IMG/VR virus record: IMGVR_UViG_3300046822_000213
Location: 1-56,777 of that record
DNA length: 56,777 nt
Source of the DNA: a virus
Taxonomy: Duplodnaviria > Caudoviricetes
Direction: 5' to 3' (one strand)
Part shown: piece after piece, positions 1 through 10,700 of the stretch
Layout: every line of letters starts with the position of its first letter
How positions within the stretch are numbered: position 1 is the stretch's first letter
The notes under the pieces: generated by a model
What the model saw: only the letters and a program-made list of their open reading frames with translations
Databases searched by the model: none
What the model was told of the DNA's origin: nothing
Made by a program: the position numbers and the translations under genes

Positions 1-459
1 TATGCGTTCCAAGATAACATGTGCTCCATCTCGGGGCCGAATGGTGCCTTCAGCATGGGGGCGGGTGCCGGTGACGCGGAAGGCGGCATTTCGGTGGTGA
101 TGACTGAAGACAAGTCCACCATGACGATCGGCGCGGATGGCGTGGTCATGCACTCGCTGCACGCGGGCAAGAGCGCAACGGTGACGGTGCGCTTGCTCAA
201 AACCTCACCGACCAATGCGCTGCTGTCGGCTATGTACGCCAGTGACTGCGCAAATTCTCAAAATTTCGGCAACAACACCATCTCGATCCGCGACATGGCG
301 CGCAATGACGTCATTGTTTGTCAACAATGCGCGTGGGCGAAGTTTGCCGATGTCACCTACGCGAAGGAGGGCGGTGAAATGACGTGGACTTTCCACGCCG
401 GTATCGTCGACTTCATTCTCGGCACCGGGCTAGCAACGGCGACAGGCATCGCTGCTTAG
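1..459 (+). CDS. Tail tube protein (DUF3277-like), 5'-truncated by the window edge
   Basis: Frame is open from base 1 (YAFQDNMCSISGP...). TMTIGADG..MHSLHA.KS.TVTVRLLKTSP.N motif is typical of DUF3277 tube proteins. Lies before the chaperone and tape measure genes. Confidence 0.8.
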   Translation, partial: YAFQDNMCSISGPNGAFSMGAGAGDAEGGISVVMTEDKSTMTIGADGVVMHSLHAGKSATVTVRLLKTSPTNALLSAMYASDCANSQNFGNNTISIRDMARNDVIVCQQCAWAKFADVTYAKEGGEMTWTFHAGIVDFILGTGLATATGIAA

Positions 460-468
460 AGGTGAATT

Positions 469-933
469 ATGCAAGAGATTGAGATTGAAGATCACCGGTA
501 TCGCACCGGCAGACTCAATGCCTTTCAGCAGTTCCATTTGTTCCGTAAACTCATGCCCATCCTCTCGGGCATGGGGGCGACATTTTCTGATCTGCCGACG
601 CAGCAGTCTGCTGAACAAATGGAGACGGACACCGCTTTCTGGGGGGCATTGGGTCCTGCTGCCGCTGCCATCGCCGAAATGTCGCAGGAGGACAGCGAGT
701 ACATCCTCCAGACCTGCCTCAAGGTTTGTTCAGTATGGAATGGGCAGAGTTGGGTGCGCATCACCACGCCCGGCGGCGAGCTGATGTTCGAAGACATCAA
801 CATGATGGTGATGTTGCGGCTCACTTTCGCGGTGATGCAGGATAACCTGCAGAGTTTTTTCAGCGCACCCCTGCCCAGCGGTTCGGTAGCAGGGGAGACG
901 GCTCAGGTTCTAGCGTACCCCTCGTCGCAATGA
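469..933 (+). CDS. Tail assembly chaperone (G-like)
   Basis: Position between tube and tape measure; LNAFQQFHLFRKL and LMFEDI motifs; slippery T TTT TTC near the 3' end. Confidence 0.75.
   Translation: MQEIEIEDHRYRTGRLNAFQQFHLFRKLMPILSGMGATFSDLPTQQSAEQMETDTAFWGALGPAAAAIAEMSQEDSEYILQTCLKVCSVWNGQSWVRITTPGGELMFEDINMMVMLRLTFAVMQDNLQSFFSAPLPSGSVAGETAQVLAYPSSQ
855..861 (+). promoter_or_regulatory. Putative -1 programmed ribosomal frameshift heptamer (T TTT TTC)
   Basis: X XXY YYZ heptamer in the chaperone frame; the -1 frame has no stop from 855 to 1100. Confidence 0.65.
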
Positions 934-1100
934 ATGACGAGGAAGATTGGGTGATGCGGCCAGCAATTGAAGGCGTCTGTCGGTATGAGTCGCTAATTGA
1001 CGGGACGCTGGATCTCGTTGACGTGGCTCGCATCAATGAAGCGTTAGATGTACGGGCGGAAAATCGTGCCCGCATCGATGAGTCAATGCGACAGGATTAA
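930..1100 (+). CDS. Tail assembly chaperone C-terminal part (T-like, 56 aa; not in the ORF track)
   Basis: ATGA overlap with the upstream gene; translates MNDEEDWVMRPAIEGVCRYESLIDGTLDLVDVARINEALDVRAENRARIDESMRQD; ends immediately before the tape measure ATG. Confidence 0.8.
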   Translation: MNDEEDWVMRPAIEGVCRYESLIDGTLDLVDVARINEALDVRAENRARIDESMRQD

Positions 1101-4100
1101 ATGGCAGGCACCGTCCTTCATGAATTTTTAGTAAAACTAGGCTTCGTCACTGACGCGGCTTCGGCGAAGCGTTTCGATGACACCATCAAGTCCGGTGCCG
1201 CTCAAGTAAAGGCGTTCCAACTCGCATTGGTTGGTCTGGCGACCGGCGTCGAGGAGGCCATCCGGCGGACCCTTCGATCATTCGATCAGCTCTACTTTAC
1301 TTCAAAGCTGACCGGGGTACCGGCTAAACTGCTGGCTGATCTGACCTATGGCTTGAAGGCTATCGGCATCGATGCCCAAAGGGCAATCTCCGGTATCGCT
1401 CAGGCGATGCGCGAGCCAGCCACCGCAGGTCTCATTACTGCATTGGTCGGCCAGACTAATAATGCCGGTGAGGCCTTCCTCAAGCTGGCTCATCGCTATG
1501 CTCTGGCGATCAAGACGGCGGGCGGTGAACAGAGTCAAGCGGCACTTGCTCTTAAGTATTCAATGTCGCAGATCCCTGGTGTGGATTTTGAGGAAATCCG
1601 CAACGCTGCGATTAACGAAGAGATCATGATCAAGGCGATGGAGACGCGGGCGCGCGTCGCCAAGCGCTTTCATCTCGATGACCAGAAAGCGGCGGAGAAT
1701 GCACAGAAAGCGCAGTCGGCGTGGAATGAGTTCTCACTGACGATTGCGACTGGTATCGGAAAACTGATATCGGATAACTTCGATAGCATCGAGGAAATCT
1801 TCGAAAGCCTGTCGAAGTGGATGCAGAACCCGTCGTTGGTCTCTGCATTGGAGGGCATCGGACATGCTCTCAAGAAAGCCTTCATCGGGGTTGGCACCTT
1901 CATCTGGAATGAACTCCGGGCGGTCGACTGGCGCTATGTCTGGATACAGCTCAAAATCGGGCTGCGCGACATTGGGAAGTGGATTTGGGACACTGTATCC
2001 GGGATCGATTGGAAGGCGGTATGGGTCGCTTTCAAAGAGGCCGGTGCTGCCGTTTGGACTTGGTTCAAGGATGAAGTCAGCAGCATTGACTGGAAAAAGC
2101 TCTGGGCGGATTTCAAGTACGGGGCCAGCGTCGCGGCTACGTGGCTCTGGGATGAACTCAAGTCGATTGACTGGAAAAAGCTTTGGGAAGACTTCAAGTA
2201 CGGGGCTAGCGTCGCCGCTACGTGGCTCTGGGATGAACTCAAGTCGATTGACTGGAAGTCCATCGGCATTTGGATTAAAGATTCCATTGCTGATACTGCT
2301 ACTTTCCTGTGGGAGCAATTCAAGGCAATTCCTTGGGCGGCCATCGGCACTTGGATCAAAGATGGTGTCGTAGGCATAGCACAGTGGCTCGCTAGTTTCG
2401 ATTGGTACGATGTCGGCAAGACTATTGGTGAATCGCTGATCGCGGCGCTGACCACCAAAATTGGTGGCGGTGATATGATGACGCCGCTCATCAAAGCATT
2501 TGGTGACATTGCTGCTGCTGGCTTCAAGATTGGCAAGGCACTGATGGATGGCATCAGTGACGCACTTGAAGCGCAAATTCCCGGCCTCAAGGCGATTGAA
2601 GATATACTGAATAAGTTAGCTGGATTACCGACTAGACAACCGGGCGGTGGCGGGCCACAGCCAGGACCGTCCACACCGCCGCCCGTCGATCCGGGCGGCG
2701 GTATAGCGAAGTGGTTTATTGGGCCTCGGAACATCTTTACGGGTGATCCGCTCGGTCTTGGTACGAACAAACCCAAGGAGAGCCACGAAAGAGGCGGCAT
2801 CGTAGGAGCGGGTCATTATCAAAGTGGTGGTATTGTTCCGATCAATGCTCATGCAGGTGAGATGGTATTGCCTCGCAATATCAGCGACGGCATGCAGAAG
2901 ATGTTCGGTCAAACTAACTTCATGTCGCCCGGCGCGGATGGTGGCGGCGGTCTGGCTTTGGAGTTCAAACGCTGGTGGTCGGGTGACGCTTCATTCCGTC
3001 CCATCGTGGACCTCGCCGTCACCGTCTATGACAGATTGCTTGAGGTGTTGCTGAGTGTAGCTGATCAAGTTTTAAAGACGATGGGCTACGAGAAGGGTGT
3101 CTTTGGCAGTGGTGATCAACCTGCTCCCGGTACTCCCGGCGCTCCGGGGGGTCCCAGCGGCCCAGATCAGCCTAGCGGACCGAATGAAGTAAAGCCAGAG
3201 CAGGACGGCAAGATCGATCGTTCCAAGTTTGAGGAGGAACTGAAGAATAATCCTGAGCTGATGCAGAAAGTTTTGAATATTGCTGCCAGTGAACAGGAGA
3301 CTAATCCTCAGGGTACGCAGGCCATCATCGAAAGCATGATGAACCGCGCGCAGGTGTATGGCACTTCATTAGCGCAGCAGGCCAGATGGACAAGTGAAGG
3401 TGGTTACTATGACGCCAAAGGACGGGCCAGAGGCGAAAGGACCGCGTCCGATCCGAAAAATGCGGCTATCCTAACGGAAAGCTTGAAGAAAGCACTGGCG
3501 GGCAGTAACATCAGCGACTATGCGACCGATAACGCTTCCGGTTCCTTTGGGCAGGGTGAAATCGACCGGGGCGAGTTCATTCTCGCCAAGAAGATCGCTG
3601 GTGAAATCTTCTCGACACCCGGATCAAAGGGCGGGGCCGGTATTCGAGCAAAGTACGCTGCATGGCGTGCGGCTTTGGCCGGGCAGGCTCCTTCTACCCT
3701 TACTGGGGGCGATAAAGACGCTCCGATCAGTGAGGAAGACCGCAGTCAAACTCCCGAATCCCAACGCAACGTTGCTGGATTGCCCAAACAAGCCGGTGCG
3801 GATGTCGCGGATCTGCAGAAAGGTTTTGCTGAGCGGCTGAAAGCGTTGGTTCTTGCCGCCAAGACGGCAACGGGCGAAACCGCCGTGGTCACTTCTGGGT
3901 TCCGTGACTATGCCCATCAGGCTCGGTTGTTCGCTCAGTCCGACCGTTCTGGAAAAATGGTTGCGGCTCCCGGTCACTCAATGCATAATCGCGGCTTGGC
4001 CGCCGATTTTATGCATATGTCGAAAAAGCTGGGCGATTACTTTCACGCGCATGCTGCCGAGTTCGGACTTAACTTTCCAATGAGCTATGAAGACTGGCAT

Positions 4101-4376
4101 ATTGAACCATCAGGAATGCGGCGTGGCGCGGCGGGGGCTGCTTCGCGGGCCGGTGGGCAGCATGCGGCGATGCAGGGTAGGCAGCTTGGCGGTGAGCGTC
4201 CACGGCAGGTAGCATCGGCGGGCGGCGGTCGCGGCGGCGGTGAAGTCCCGCCGGTTGTCGTCACCATCAACGTCAATGGCGTCATGAACCCCAAGGATGT
4301 AGGGGATCACGTCGCTTCGGTGCAACAACGTGTTTACGCGTCGTCATTTCGTAATTTCCAGGCAATAGCGACGTGA
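1101..4376 (+). CDS. Tape measure protein with C-terminal putative lysozyme-like and peptidase M15 (VanY-like) domains
   Basis: N-terminal EFLVKLGF; Trp-periodic helical repeats (IDWKxxW); C-terminal TSGFR..HQ..L...APGHSMH..GLAAD...EDWHIE Zn-peptidase M15 motifs. Confidence 0.85.
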   Translation: MAGTVLHEFLVKLGFVTDAASAKRFDDTIKSGAAQVKAFQLALVGLATGVEEAIRRTLRSFDQLYFTSKLTGVPAKLLADLTYGLKAIGIDAQRAISGIAQAMREPATAGLITALVGQTNNAGEAFLKLAHRYALAIKTAGGEQSQAALALKYSMSQIPGVDFEEIRNAAINEEIMIKAMETRARVAKRFHLDDQKAAENAQKAQSAWNEFSLTIATGIGKLISDNFDSIEEIFESLSKWMQNPSLVSALEGIGHALKKAFIGVGTFIWNELRAVDWRYVWIQLKIGLRDIGKWIWDTVSGIDWKAVWVAFKEAGAAVWTWFKDEVSSIDWKKLWADFKYGASVAATWLWDELKSIDWKKLWEDFKYGASVAATWLWDELKSIDWKSIGIWIKDSIADTATFLWEQFKAIPWAAIGTWIKDGVVGIAQWLASFDWYDVGKTIGESLIAALTTKIGGGDMMTPLIKAFGDIAAAGFKIGKALMDGISDALEAQIPGLKAIEDILNKLAGLPTRQPGGGGPQPGPSTPPPVDPGGGIAKWFIGPRNIFTGDPLGLGTNKPKESHERGGIVGAGHYQSGGIVPINAHAGEMVLPRNISDGMQKMFGQTNFMSPGADGGGGLALEFKRWWSGDASFRPIVDLAVTVYDRLLEVLLSVADQVLKTMGYEKGVFGSGDQPAPGTPGAPGGPSGPDQPSGPNEVKPEQDGKIDRSKFEEELKNNPELMQKVLNIAASEQETNPQGTQAIIESMMNRAQVYGTSLAQQARWTSEGGYYDAKGRARGERTASDPKNAAILTESLKKALAGSNISDYATDNASGSFGQGEIDRGEFILAKKIAGEIFSTPGSKGGAGIRAKYAAWRAALAGQAPSTLTGGDKDAPISEEDRSQTPESQRNVAGLPKQAGADVADLQKGFAERLKALVLAAKTATGETAVVTSGFRDYAHQARLFAQSDRSGKMVAAPGHSMHNRGLAADFMHMSKKLGDYFHAHAAEFGLNFPMSYEDWHIEPSGMRRGAAGAASRAGGQHAAMQGRQLGGERPRQVASAGGGRGGGEVPPVVVTINVNGVMNPKDVGDHVASVQQRVYASSFRNFQAIAT
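2085..2258 (+). repeat. 81-nt (27-aa) tandem duplication within the tape measure gene
   Basis: SIDWKKLW(A/E)DFKYGASVAATWLWDELK occurs twice plus a partial third copy, near-identical at DNA level. Confidence 0.9.
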
Positions 4377-5830
4377 GTAACGCTCCAGATCCTTTCCTGT
4401 CCAGCAACCTCAATATTATCAGCGCGGCGACTGAAGTCTGGCGGTCGCTATCCAGCCACTTGCAGCCGAGTACTGGTCCAGGATCACAGCCGACCACTTC
4501 GCATGATGGTCAATGGCTCCGCAAGATCAGTGTGGCCGTTTATTCGAGTGGAACCGGCGGCAGCAGTGGCAGCAGCGGGTCCAGTGGCAGCGGTAGCAGC
4601 AGTGGGAGCAGCAGTGGGAGCAGCAGTAGCAGGGCCAGCGGTGACAGCGATGTTGGTGGGGGTGGTGATAAGACCGCTGCCACCTCTGGTAGTGGCAACA
4701 GTGCGACCAGCAGCAATGCCAGTCAGGGGATGGAGCTATCGGCGCTGCGCGTTAATTTCACCGTCAAGCACGCACAGGCCGGGTCTCCCGCCATCTTCTG
4801 GTGCCGCATCTACAACATGTCGCCGCAGACCATGGCGAAGGTCATTCAATTCACCCGTATTCAACTAAGCGCGGGCTATCAGTTTTCTGGTTATGGCAAG
4901 ATTTTCGATGGCACAGTGGTGCAATACCGGCGTGGCAAGGAAAACCCGGTCGACACTTACCTTGAAATCCATGCGGCAGATGGCGATGACCGCATCAATC
5001 GAGCGATGGTCTTCGCCAACATGGCCTCCGGTGCCTCCGACAGTGACATCTTGAAGGAAGTGGCTAAACAGTCTGGCATGCCGGTGAAATTTCTGGACCC
5101 GGAAATTGGGAAACAAAAGACACAACGCGATCAAACCATTGCTCAACCTGCACGTGATAAGCTCCGCGAATTGATGTTAAAGTATGATGCCACCTATTTC
5201 GTCGAGAATGGCGAGCTGGTGTTACTTAAAAATAGCAACTCCAGGGACGGCCAAGCCGTCGTACTCAGCCCGACGAGCGGACTTACTGGGTTGCCGGAAA
5301 TAACGCCGCAAGGCATTCATGCACAATGCCTGCTGAATCCCAATATCAAGATCGCTGGTAGGGTGAAGATTGACGTGTCGGTCCTGTCTGGCGTACCATA
5401 TACGCCAGGATCGGCGATCAAAATAGGAGCTGACGGCAATCTTCCTAATGACCCCACTGGTGGTGCAATTAAGCCGGTAGCGATGTGGGGGCAGCAGTTG
5501 GAGACCGCCTTCACCGCGCCGAAAGGTATTTATAAAGTTGTCCTGTTGGAGCATACAGGTGACACCAGAGGCACCCCTTGGTACTGCAATATGACTTGCG
5601 TTGCGCTTGATGAAAACAACAAGGTGATGGTGGCAGGCAATCCGTCAACCGCTCATGCCCGCGCTGCCCCAGCCGCTGTCGGTACGCCTAATACTGCCAC
5701 GACGCCCACTCCGACGCCCACTCCGACACCCACTCCGACACCTACTCCGACGCCTACTCCGACACCGACCGCAATTCCGACCGCGACGCCGACGCGGTCA
5801 CCCGTGACTTACATTCAGAGGGTTGCGTGA
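4373..5830 (+). CDS. Baseplate hub-like protein with Ser/Gly insertion and Pro-Thr tail
   Basis: RIYN.S..T, LSAGY...G.IFDG, GLTGLPEITPQGI..CLLNP.IK, G.YKV...H.GDTRG..WY motifs typical of the Bcep781-type hub. Confidence 0.7.
   Translation: MSNAPDPFLSSNLNIISAATEVWRSLSSHLQPSTGPGSQPTTSHDGQWLRKISVAVYSSGTGGSSGSSGSSGSGSSSGSSSGSSSSRASGDSDVGGGGDKTAATSGSGNSATSSNASQGMELSALRVNFTVKHAQAGSPAIFWCRIYNMSPQTMAKVIQFTRIQLSAGYQFSGYGKIFDGTVVQYRRGKENPVDTYLEIHAADGDDRINRAMVFANMASGASDSDILKEVAKQSGMPVKFLDPEIGKQKTQRDQTIAQPARDKLRELMLKYDATYFVENGELVLLKNSNSRDGQAVVLSPTSGLTGLPEITPQGIHAQCLLNPNIKIAGRVKIDVSVLSGVPYTPGSAIKIGADGNLPNDPTGGAIKPVAMWGQQLETAFTAPKGIYKVVLLEHTGDTRGTPWYCNMTCVALDENNKVMVAGNPSTAHARAAPAAVGTPNTATTPTPTPTPTPTPTPTPTPTPTPTAIPTATPTRSPVTYIQRVA
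5696..5795 (+). repeat. Pro-Thr dipeptide tandem repeat (ccgac[g/a]cc[c/t]act units)
   Basis: TPTPTPTPTPTPTPTPTPTPTPT read directly. Confidence 0.9.
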
Positions 5831-6921
5831 ACAGCCGTCCGCTCACTCCGATAAGAAGCCGGGCGCTCACTCCGACTGGACCCGCTCAGCGCGATCTCGG
5901 AGGGCTGGTAGGCTCCGTCGTCTCCGCAGGTGTCGGTGCCGCTACTAATGCTGCTTTCCAGGCAGTGCGCGATCTTACTCCGATGCCGGTGGCGGGTATC
6001 ATTTCTGCGGTAGCTCCCGCTCTCTTCGGCAACTGGATACCGGCGCTGTTTATGCCGCACTTCCGCTCGATTGGCGGCATCATCGCACAGGTGACGATCG
6101 AGGAGAGCGGAACTGATGACTTGACGATCACCGAGCATCCGGTTGAACAGGGCGCGCCTATCGCTGATCATGCCTTTAAGCGCCCATCCACCATCAACAT
6201 CCGGGCCGGGTGGTCAATGCGCGGGGCTTACGACCTGTCAGCCGAGAGCGGCATCTACGGGTTGCTGCTGTCATGGCAAGCGTCATTGACGCCATTCGAT
6301 GTCATCACCGGCAAGCGGCGCTATACCAACATGCTGATGGAGCGCCTGACCGTCACTACCGATCAGCACTCGGAATACGCGCTGATGGCCGACATCGTGT
6401 GCCGTCAGGTAATTATTGTCAAAACGGCATCGACCACAGTTGATTCCGCGTCATCGTCACCGGGTGATCAGAAGGACGCGGCGTCGACTTCATCGAGCAG
6501 CGACGGTGGCGATCAGCCGACTACCGATCAGGGTAGCGGTAGCGATAATAAGCAAACCATGGTCGACAATCCGTATCCCAATGCTGGGGCGGGGCAGGGC
6601 CGCCCGCCGGAAGGCGGCGATGACACAGGGTTATCGGGTACCCCATCACCGCAGGCACCAGGGGGGCCGGGAGGATCGGCTGAAAGTGAAGTTACCCCTG
6701 GGGGCCAGAAGATCGAAATGACGGGGGCGGCTAACACCACTGTAGATGGCCGCAATGAGAAAGGCTTCACTGATGCCGGTACCACCATTACCAGCAGCAG
6801 TAGCTCCGCTGCCACCATGAGTTTCCAGAGGCAGTTATGGCAACGAACTCTGAAATACCAACGCGATCGGGGCGTCCATTCAGCGAGCGGGTTTCGCTTC
6901 TCGGCACCGTCTACACGATAA
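5827..6921 (+). CDS. Dit-like / baseplate organiser protein with low-complexity C-terminus
   Basis: EE...D.LTITEHPVEQGAPIADHAFKRP and PFDVITGKRRYTNML motifs; start codon uncertain. Confidence 0.75.
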   Translation: MNSRPLTPIRSRALTPTGPAQRDLGGLVGSVVSAGVGAATNAAFQAVRDLTPMPVAGIISAVAPALFGNWIPALFMPHFRSIGGIIAQVTIEESGTDDLTITEHPVEQGAPIADHAFKRPSTINIRAGWSMRGAYDLSAESGIYGLLLSWQASLTPFDVITGKRRYTNMLMERLTVTTDQHSEYALMADIVCRQVIIVKTASTTVDSASSSPGDQKDAASTSSSSDGGDQPTTDQGSGSDNKQTMVDNPYPNAGAGQGRPPEGGDDTGLSGTPSPQAPGGPGGSAESEVTPGGQKIEMTGAANTTVDGRNEKGFTDAGTTITSSSSSAATMSFQRQLWQRTLKYQRDRGVHSASGFRFSAPSTR

Positions 6922-7172
6922 AGTTCTATTGGAATACCGTGTCGAATTGTTGGGCTGGGGATTTTTATGACGAAGCCGGATCAACTCCAATCTTACTGGG
7001 CATGCCGCTGGTGACCGGGTCCGATTTACTTGAACAATTTGGCTACATTCCACTTGGGGCTAACACCATCTTCACTGTGATGACGACTGGTCCGGATAAG
7101 TCACCCGATACCGTGCCTACCTTCACTAATTTGGGTGGTGAAGGACATCTCTACGTGTCCACGCCATTTTAA
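6837..7172 (+). CDS. Baseplate plug-like small protein
   Basis: EIP.....F...L.G..Y....WN....W..D; G.PLVTG.DLLEQF.Y; PTF.NLG...HLY motifs. Confidence 0.75.
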   Translation: MATNSEIPTRSGRPFSERVSLLGTVYTIKFYWNTVSNCWAGDFYDEAGSTPILLGMPLVTGSDLLEQFGYIPLGANTIFTVMTTGPDKSPDTVPTFTNLGGEGHLYVSTPF

Positions 7173-7181
7173 GGGGCCAAA

Positions 7182-7757
7182 ATGACCGATTACGTCGACA
7201 TTCCGACCGTCACCACGCTCCATGGCGAGCAAGAGCGGACCCAGCAGGCGATAGACTTGCTCGCTGCTGGCGGTACTATGACGAGCTTTACAGTAGCGCC
7301 GCCGTCCATTCCTTCCGGCACATCACCGCCGCCCAATACAATGATGATGTCGGTTCAAATTTCGGTAACTGAACCGATTTCGGAAGAGATGGTGACCGCA
7401 CTTAATGACTGGCTGACGACGCGGCAACAAAACATCATCGATGAACTAGCTATTTATGACGTTGGGCCGCCGCCACCACCGGTCACTGATCCTCCAGTGA
7501 ATACTCTGACTCCAGTTGCCACGCAAGATGTCAACAATTTGATCTGCACGACGGGCAATTGGAACAATTCTCCGACCAGCTTCACCTACCAATGGTCGAA
7601 TCATAACGGCCCGGTCATGGGGGCCACTTATCCGAGCTACGCCATCACTTTTAATGATGTCGGCGTCGGCTTCACTTGTACGGTGACGGCTACCAACAAT
7701 ATCGGTTCCACAGTGGCACCGTCATCGAATAACGTAGTAGTCGTTTCCCCACCATAA
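7182..7757 (+). CDS. Fibre-associated paralogue 1 with C-terminal Ig-like domain
   Basis: N-terminus resembles 15353 and 23364; C-terminus TGNW...PTSFTYQW...GAT...Y......G....CTVTATN is typical of phage Ig-like domains. Confidence 0.6.
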   Translation: MTDYVDIPTVTTLHGEQERTQQAIDLLAAGGTMTSFTVAPPSIPSGTSPPPNTMMMSVQISVTEPISEEMVTALNDWLTTRQQNIIDELAIYDVGPPPPPVTDPPVNTLTPVATQDVNNLICTTGNWNNSPTSFTYQWSNHNGPVMGATYPSYAITFNDVGVGFTCTVTATNNIGSTVAPSSNNVVVVSPP

Positions 7758-7766
7758 TGAGCTGAC

Positions 7767-10700
7767 ATGGCGCAGGGTGTCTATCAACAAGCTGAACGCT
7801 TCCTTGATCCGGATGAGCTGAGACGCCGTGAGCTAGAAGAGTTTCAATCGCGTCTTCGCACTGCCGCGCCGATCATCATTAAAGAAAACCAGACGAAACA
7901 AAACACCGTCAAATTTGACCCGGCACTGAAGACGGCGGTATTACAGGCTGATGGTACGATAAAGTGGCAACAGGTACCAACAGTCAGCTCTGCTCCGCTG
8001 TTGTTTCTGGGTGGCGGCGGGATGCACATTACCATCCCAGTGCAGCCCGGTGACGAAGGGCTGGCGATCTTCGCTGAACGGGCGATCGACGCGTGGTGGG
8101 CGAAGGGCAGCATCCAGAACCAAGATCAAGCGCGGATGCACAATGTAACCGACGCATTCATCATTCCCGGATTTCACTCACAGCCCAAGAAGATTGACAA
8201 CGTCAATACCACGTCGATGCAGATGCGGACGACGGATGGTAAGACTAACTTCAACTTCGACCCCACCAACGGCGGGGCGATGACGCTGACCACGCCGAAT
8301 AATCCGACGACCATTCAAGGCAAGGCATTCAACACCAATACCCAGGATGCGACCCACACCGTCACCAATGGTGTCAAATACAACACGCCATCAGTCAACG
8401 TCAGCGGCAAGGTCGACGCCAAGGCCGGTTTCTTTATTAACGGTAAGCCGATCTCGGGCAGTGGGGCGGGCGGTTCGGGCGGCGTCAGCCCAGCGCCGCC
8501 GGGCGGCAGTGATGGGCAAGGCGGCAGTTCTGGTACCACGCCCGCGTTGGGCGACTTCTGGTGGGACGCTGTCGGCGGTCAGCTCTATATTTGGTATGAT
8601 GACGGCAATTCGGCACAATGGGTTGCTGCGACCAACATGCCGGGGCCGCCCGGCCCGACCGGGCCAATGGGTCCACCCAATGGTAATACGATCTGGAGCG
8701 GTTCTGGCGCGCCGACGGCGGGGATCGGCCAGAACGGCGACTTTTACATCGACAACGTCGGTCATGTCATCTATGGACCAAAGGCCTCGGGGGCATGGCC
8801 GGGTACGGGAGTATCGCTCATCGGACCGGCGGGACCTCCGGGGCCTCCAGGTTCAGTCGGGCCTGCCGGGCCGACCGGGCCGACCGGTCCACAGGGTATA
8901 CCCGGAACCCAAGGCGTCAAGGGGGATACTGGACCCGCTGGCCCGCGAGGGGCCACGGGGGTTGCAGGGGCCGATTCGACGGTACCGGGGCCAGAGGGGC
9001 CTGCTGGCCTTCAGGGAGCACCGGGCCTCGCCGGGCCGCAGGGGCCTCAGGGTGTCAAAGGCGACACCGGCAGCGTCGGTCCGCAGGGGCCGATCGGTCT
9101 AACCGGAGCCACCGGTCCAACCGGCGCGGACTCGACAGTACCAGGGCCACAGGGGCCGCAGGGACCAATAGGCCTCACGGGCGCGACGGGGGCCACGGGA
9201 GCGGCATCGACGGTGCCGGGGCCATCAGGGCCGCCCGGACCGCAAGGCGCGACGGGGGCCACGGGAGCGGCAGGAGCGACCGGCCCGCAAGGCCCGACTG
9301 GCAACGCCGCCGTCGTGGCCGGTTCTGGCATCAGCATCACCGGCACCGCGCCGCAGACGATCAGCACCGCGACGCCATACCTGCCGCTGACCGGCGGCAC
9401 GCTGACCGGCCCGCTAAACTTTTCACTAAGTGCGCAGCCCAATACCGGGATTATTATCACTACTTACTCAGGAGGAGCGGTCGCGCCTAACCCAGCGGTA
9501 ATATATCAAGCCGCGAGAGGTACTTTGGCTGTTCCGACAGCAGTTCAGTTAGGTGACTCGCTTGGTGCGATCGTCGCCCGTGGTTATGGCGCAACAGGAT
9601 TTTCCCCTGCCAGCAAGGCTGGTATTGCATTTGTAGCCGCTGAAAACTGGACGGATGCCGCTCAAGGCGCTTACATCAATTTTAATGTTACGCCCGCAGG
9701 AAGTATAACTGGTGCCACTTATTTAAGTCTCAATAATTTTGGTCTGACGCTCGCGTCCGGGGTCAGCCTTTACCTTGCTGGTGTGACCAGCGGCAACGGT
9801 CCGCGCTTCTTTGGCGACACGACCAATATCGGTTTTGAATTAGGCATCGGAAACGGCAGCTACCTTTTTTACAACAACACGCCTGCGGTCGTGATGTCGC
9901 TGACCGCAGGCGGCAACCTCACCGTCAGTGGTGGCGTCCTGACGCTGAACAACGGGACCTCGAACTGGATCGATCTCGGCTCGCTTGGCTACGCGCCGCC
10001 GTCCTTCACCACCCGGAGCATCGGTACGAAGCTCGTTTTATTTGGCGGTATAGGTGCGTCGGCTGCCGATTACGCTCTTGGGATCGAGGGCGGAACCATG
10101 TGGTCATCCGTGCCACTTACCACAAACGCTTTTAATTGGTACGGCGGCACCACGCTGGCGATGACGCTGTACGGGACCGGCAACCTGTTGTTGCACGGTG
10201 CGCTGACGCTTACTAATGCATCTCAAGTATCTGTTGTTTTCAACAATACGACGCCCGCGATTACAACGGGCGGCCTGTGGCGCTGGACGGTCGGGACCGG
10301 CGGCAACATGAACCTCCAGGTTAACACTGCCGCTGCTGGTGATTGGTCGACCTACAACAACAATTTGTATGTGACCCCGACAGGAAATGCCACCTTTACC
10401 AGCTCCGTGGCAATTGCGCCGCCAGCGGGTAACTGGCCGACGCTCATACTACAAAAATCCGGCGCGGCGGATGCTAGTTCAATTTACGGCTACAAAGGGG
10501 CCAACCCGCGATGGCAGATGACGCTCGGCAATCAGAGCGCCGAAAGCACCGGAAATGTCGGAAGTGATTTTGGGTTATATCGTTTCACCGATGCTGGGGC
10601 ATACATCGACTCGCCTTTCACCATCAACCGTGCCAACGGTGGAGTACAGTTAGGCGGGAACGTCGCGATCAACGGCACCACACTATTCTTTGCTGGCGTG

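Noticed and set aside
1734-2800. Long antisense ORFs (280 and 288 aa) over the tape measure, and similar shadows elsewhere (e.g. 54363-55277)
   Set aside because: Expected shadows of GC-rich coding sequence; no RBS or recognisable motifs.
5696-5795. CRISPR array or non-coding tandem repeat
   Set aside because: Short in-frame Pro-Thr coding repeat with no spacers.
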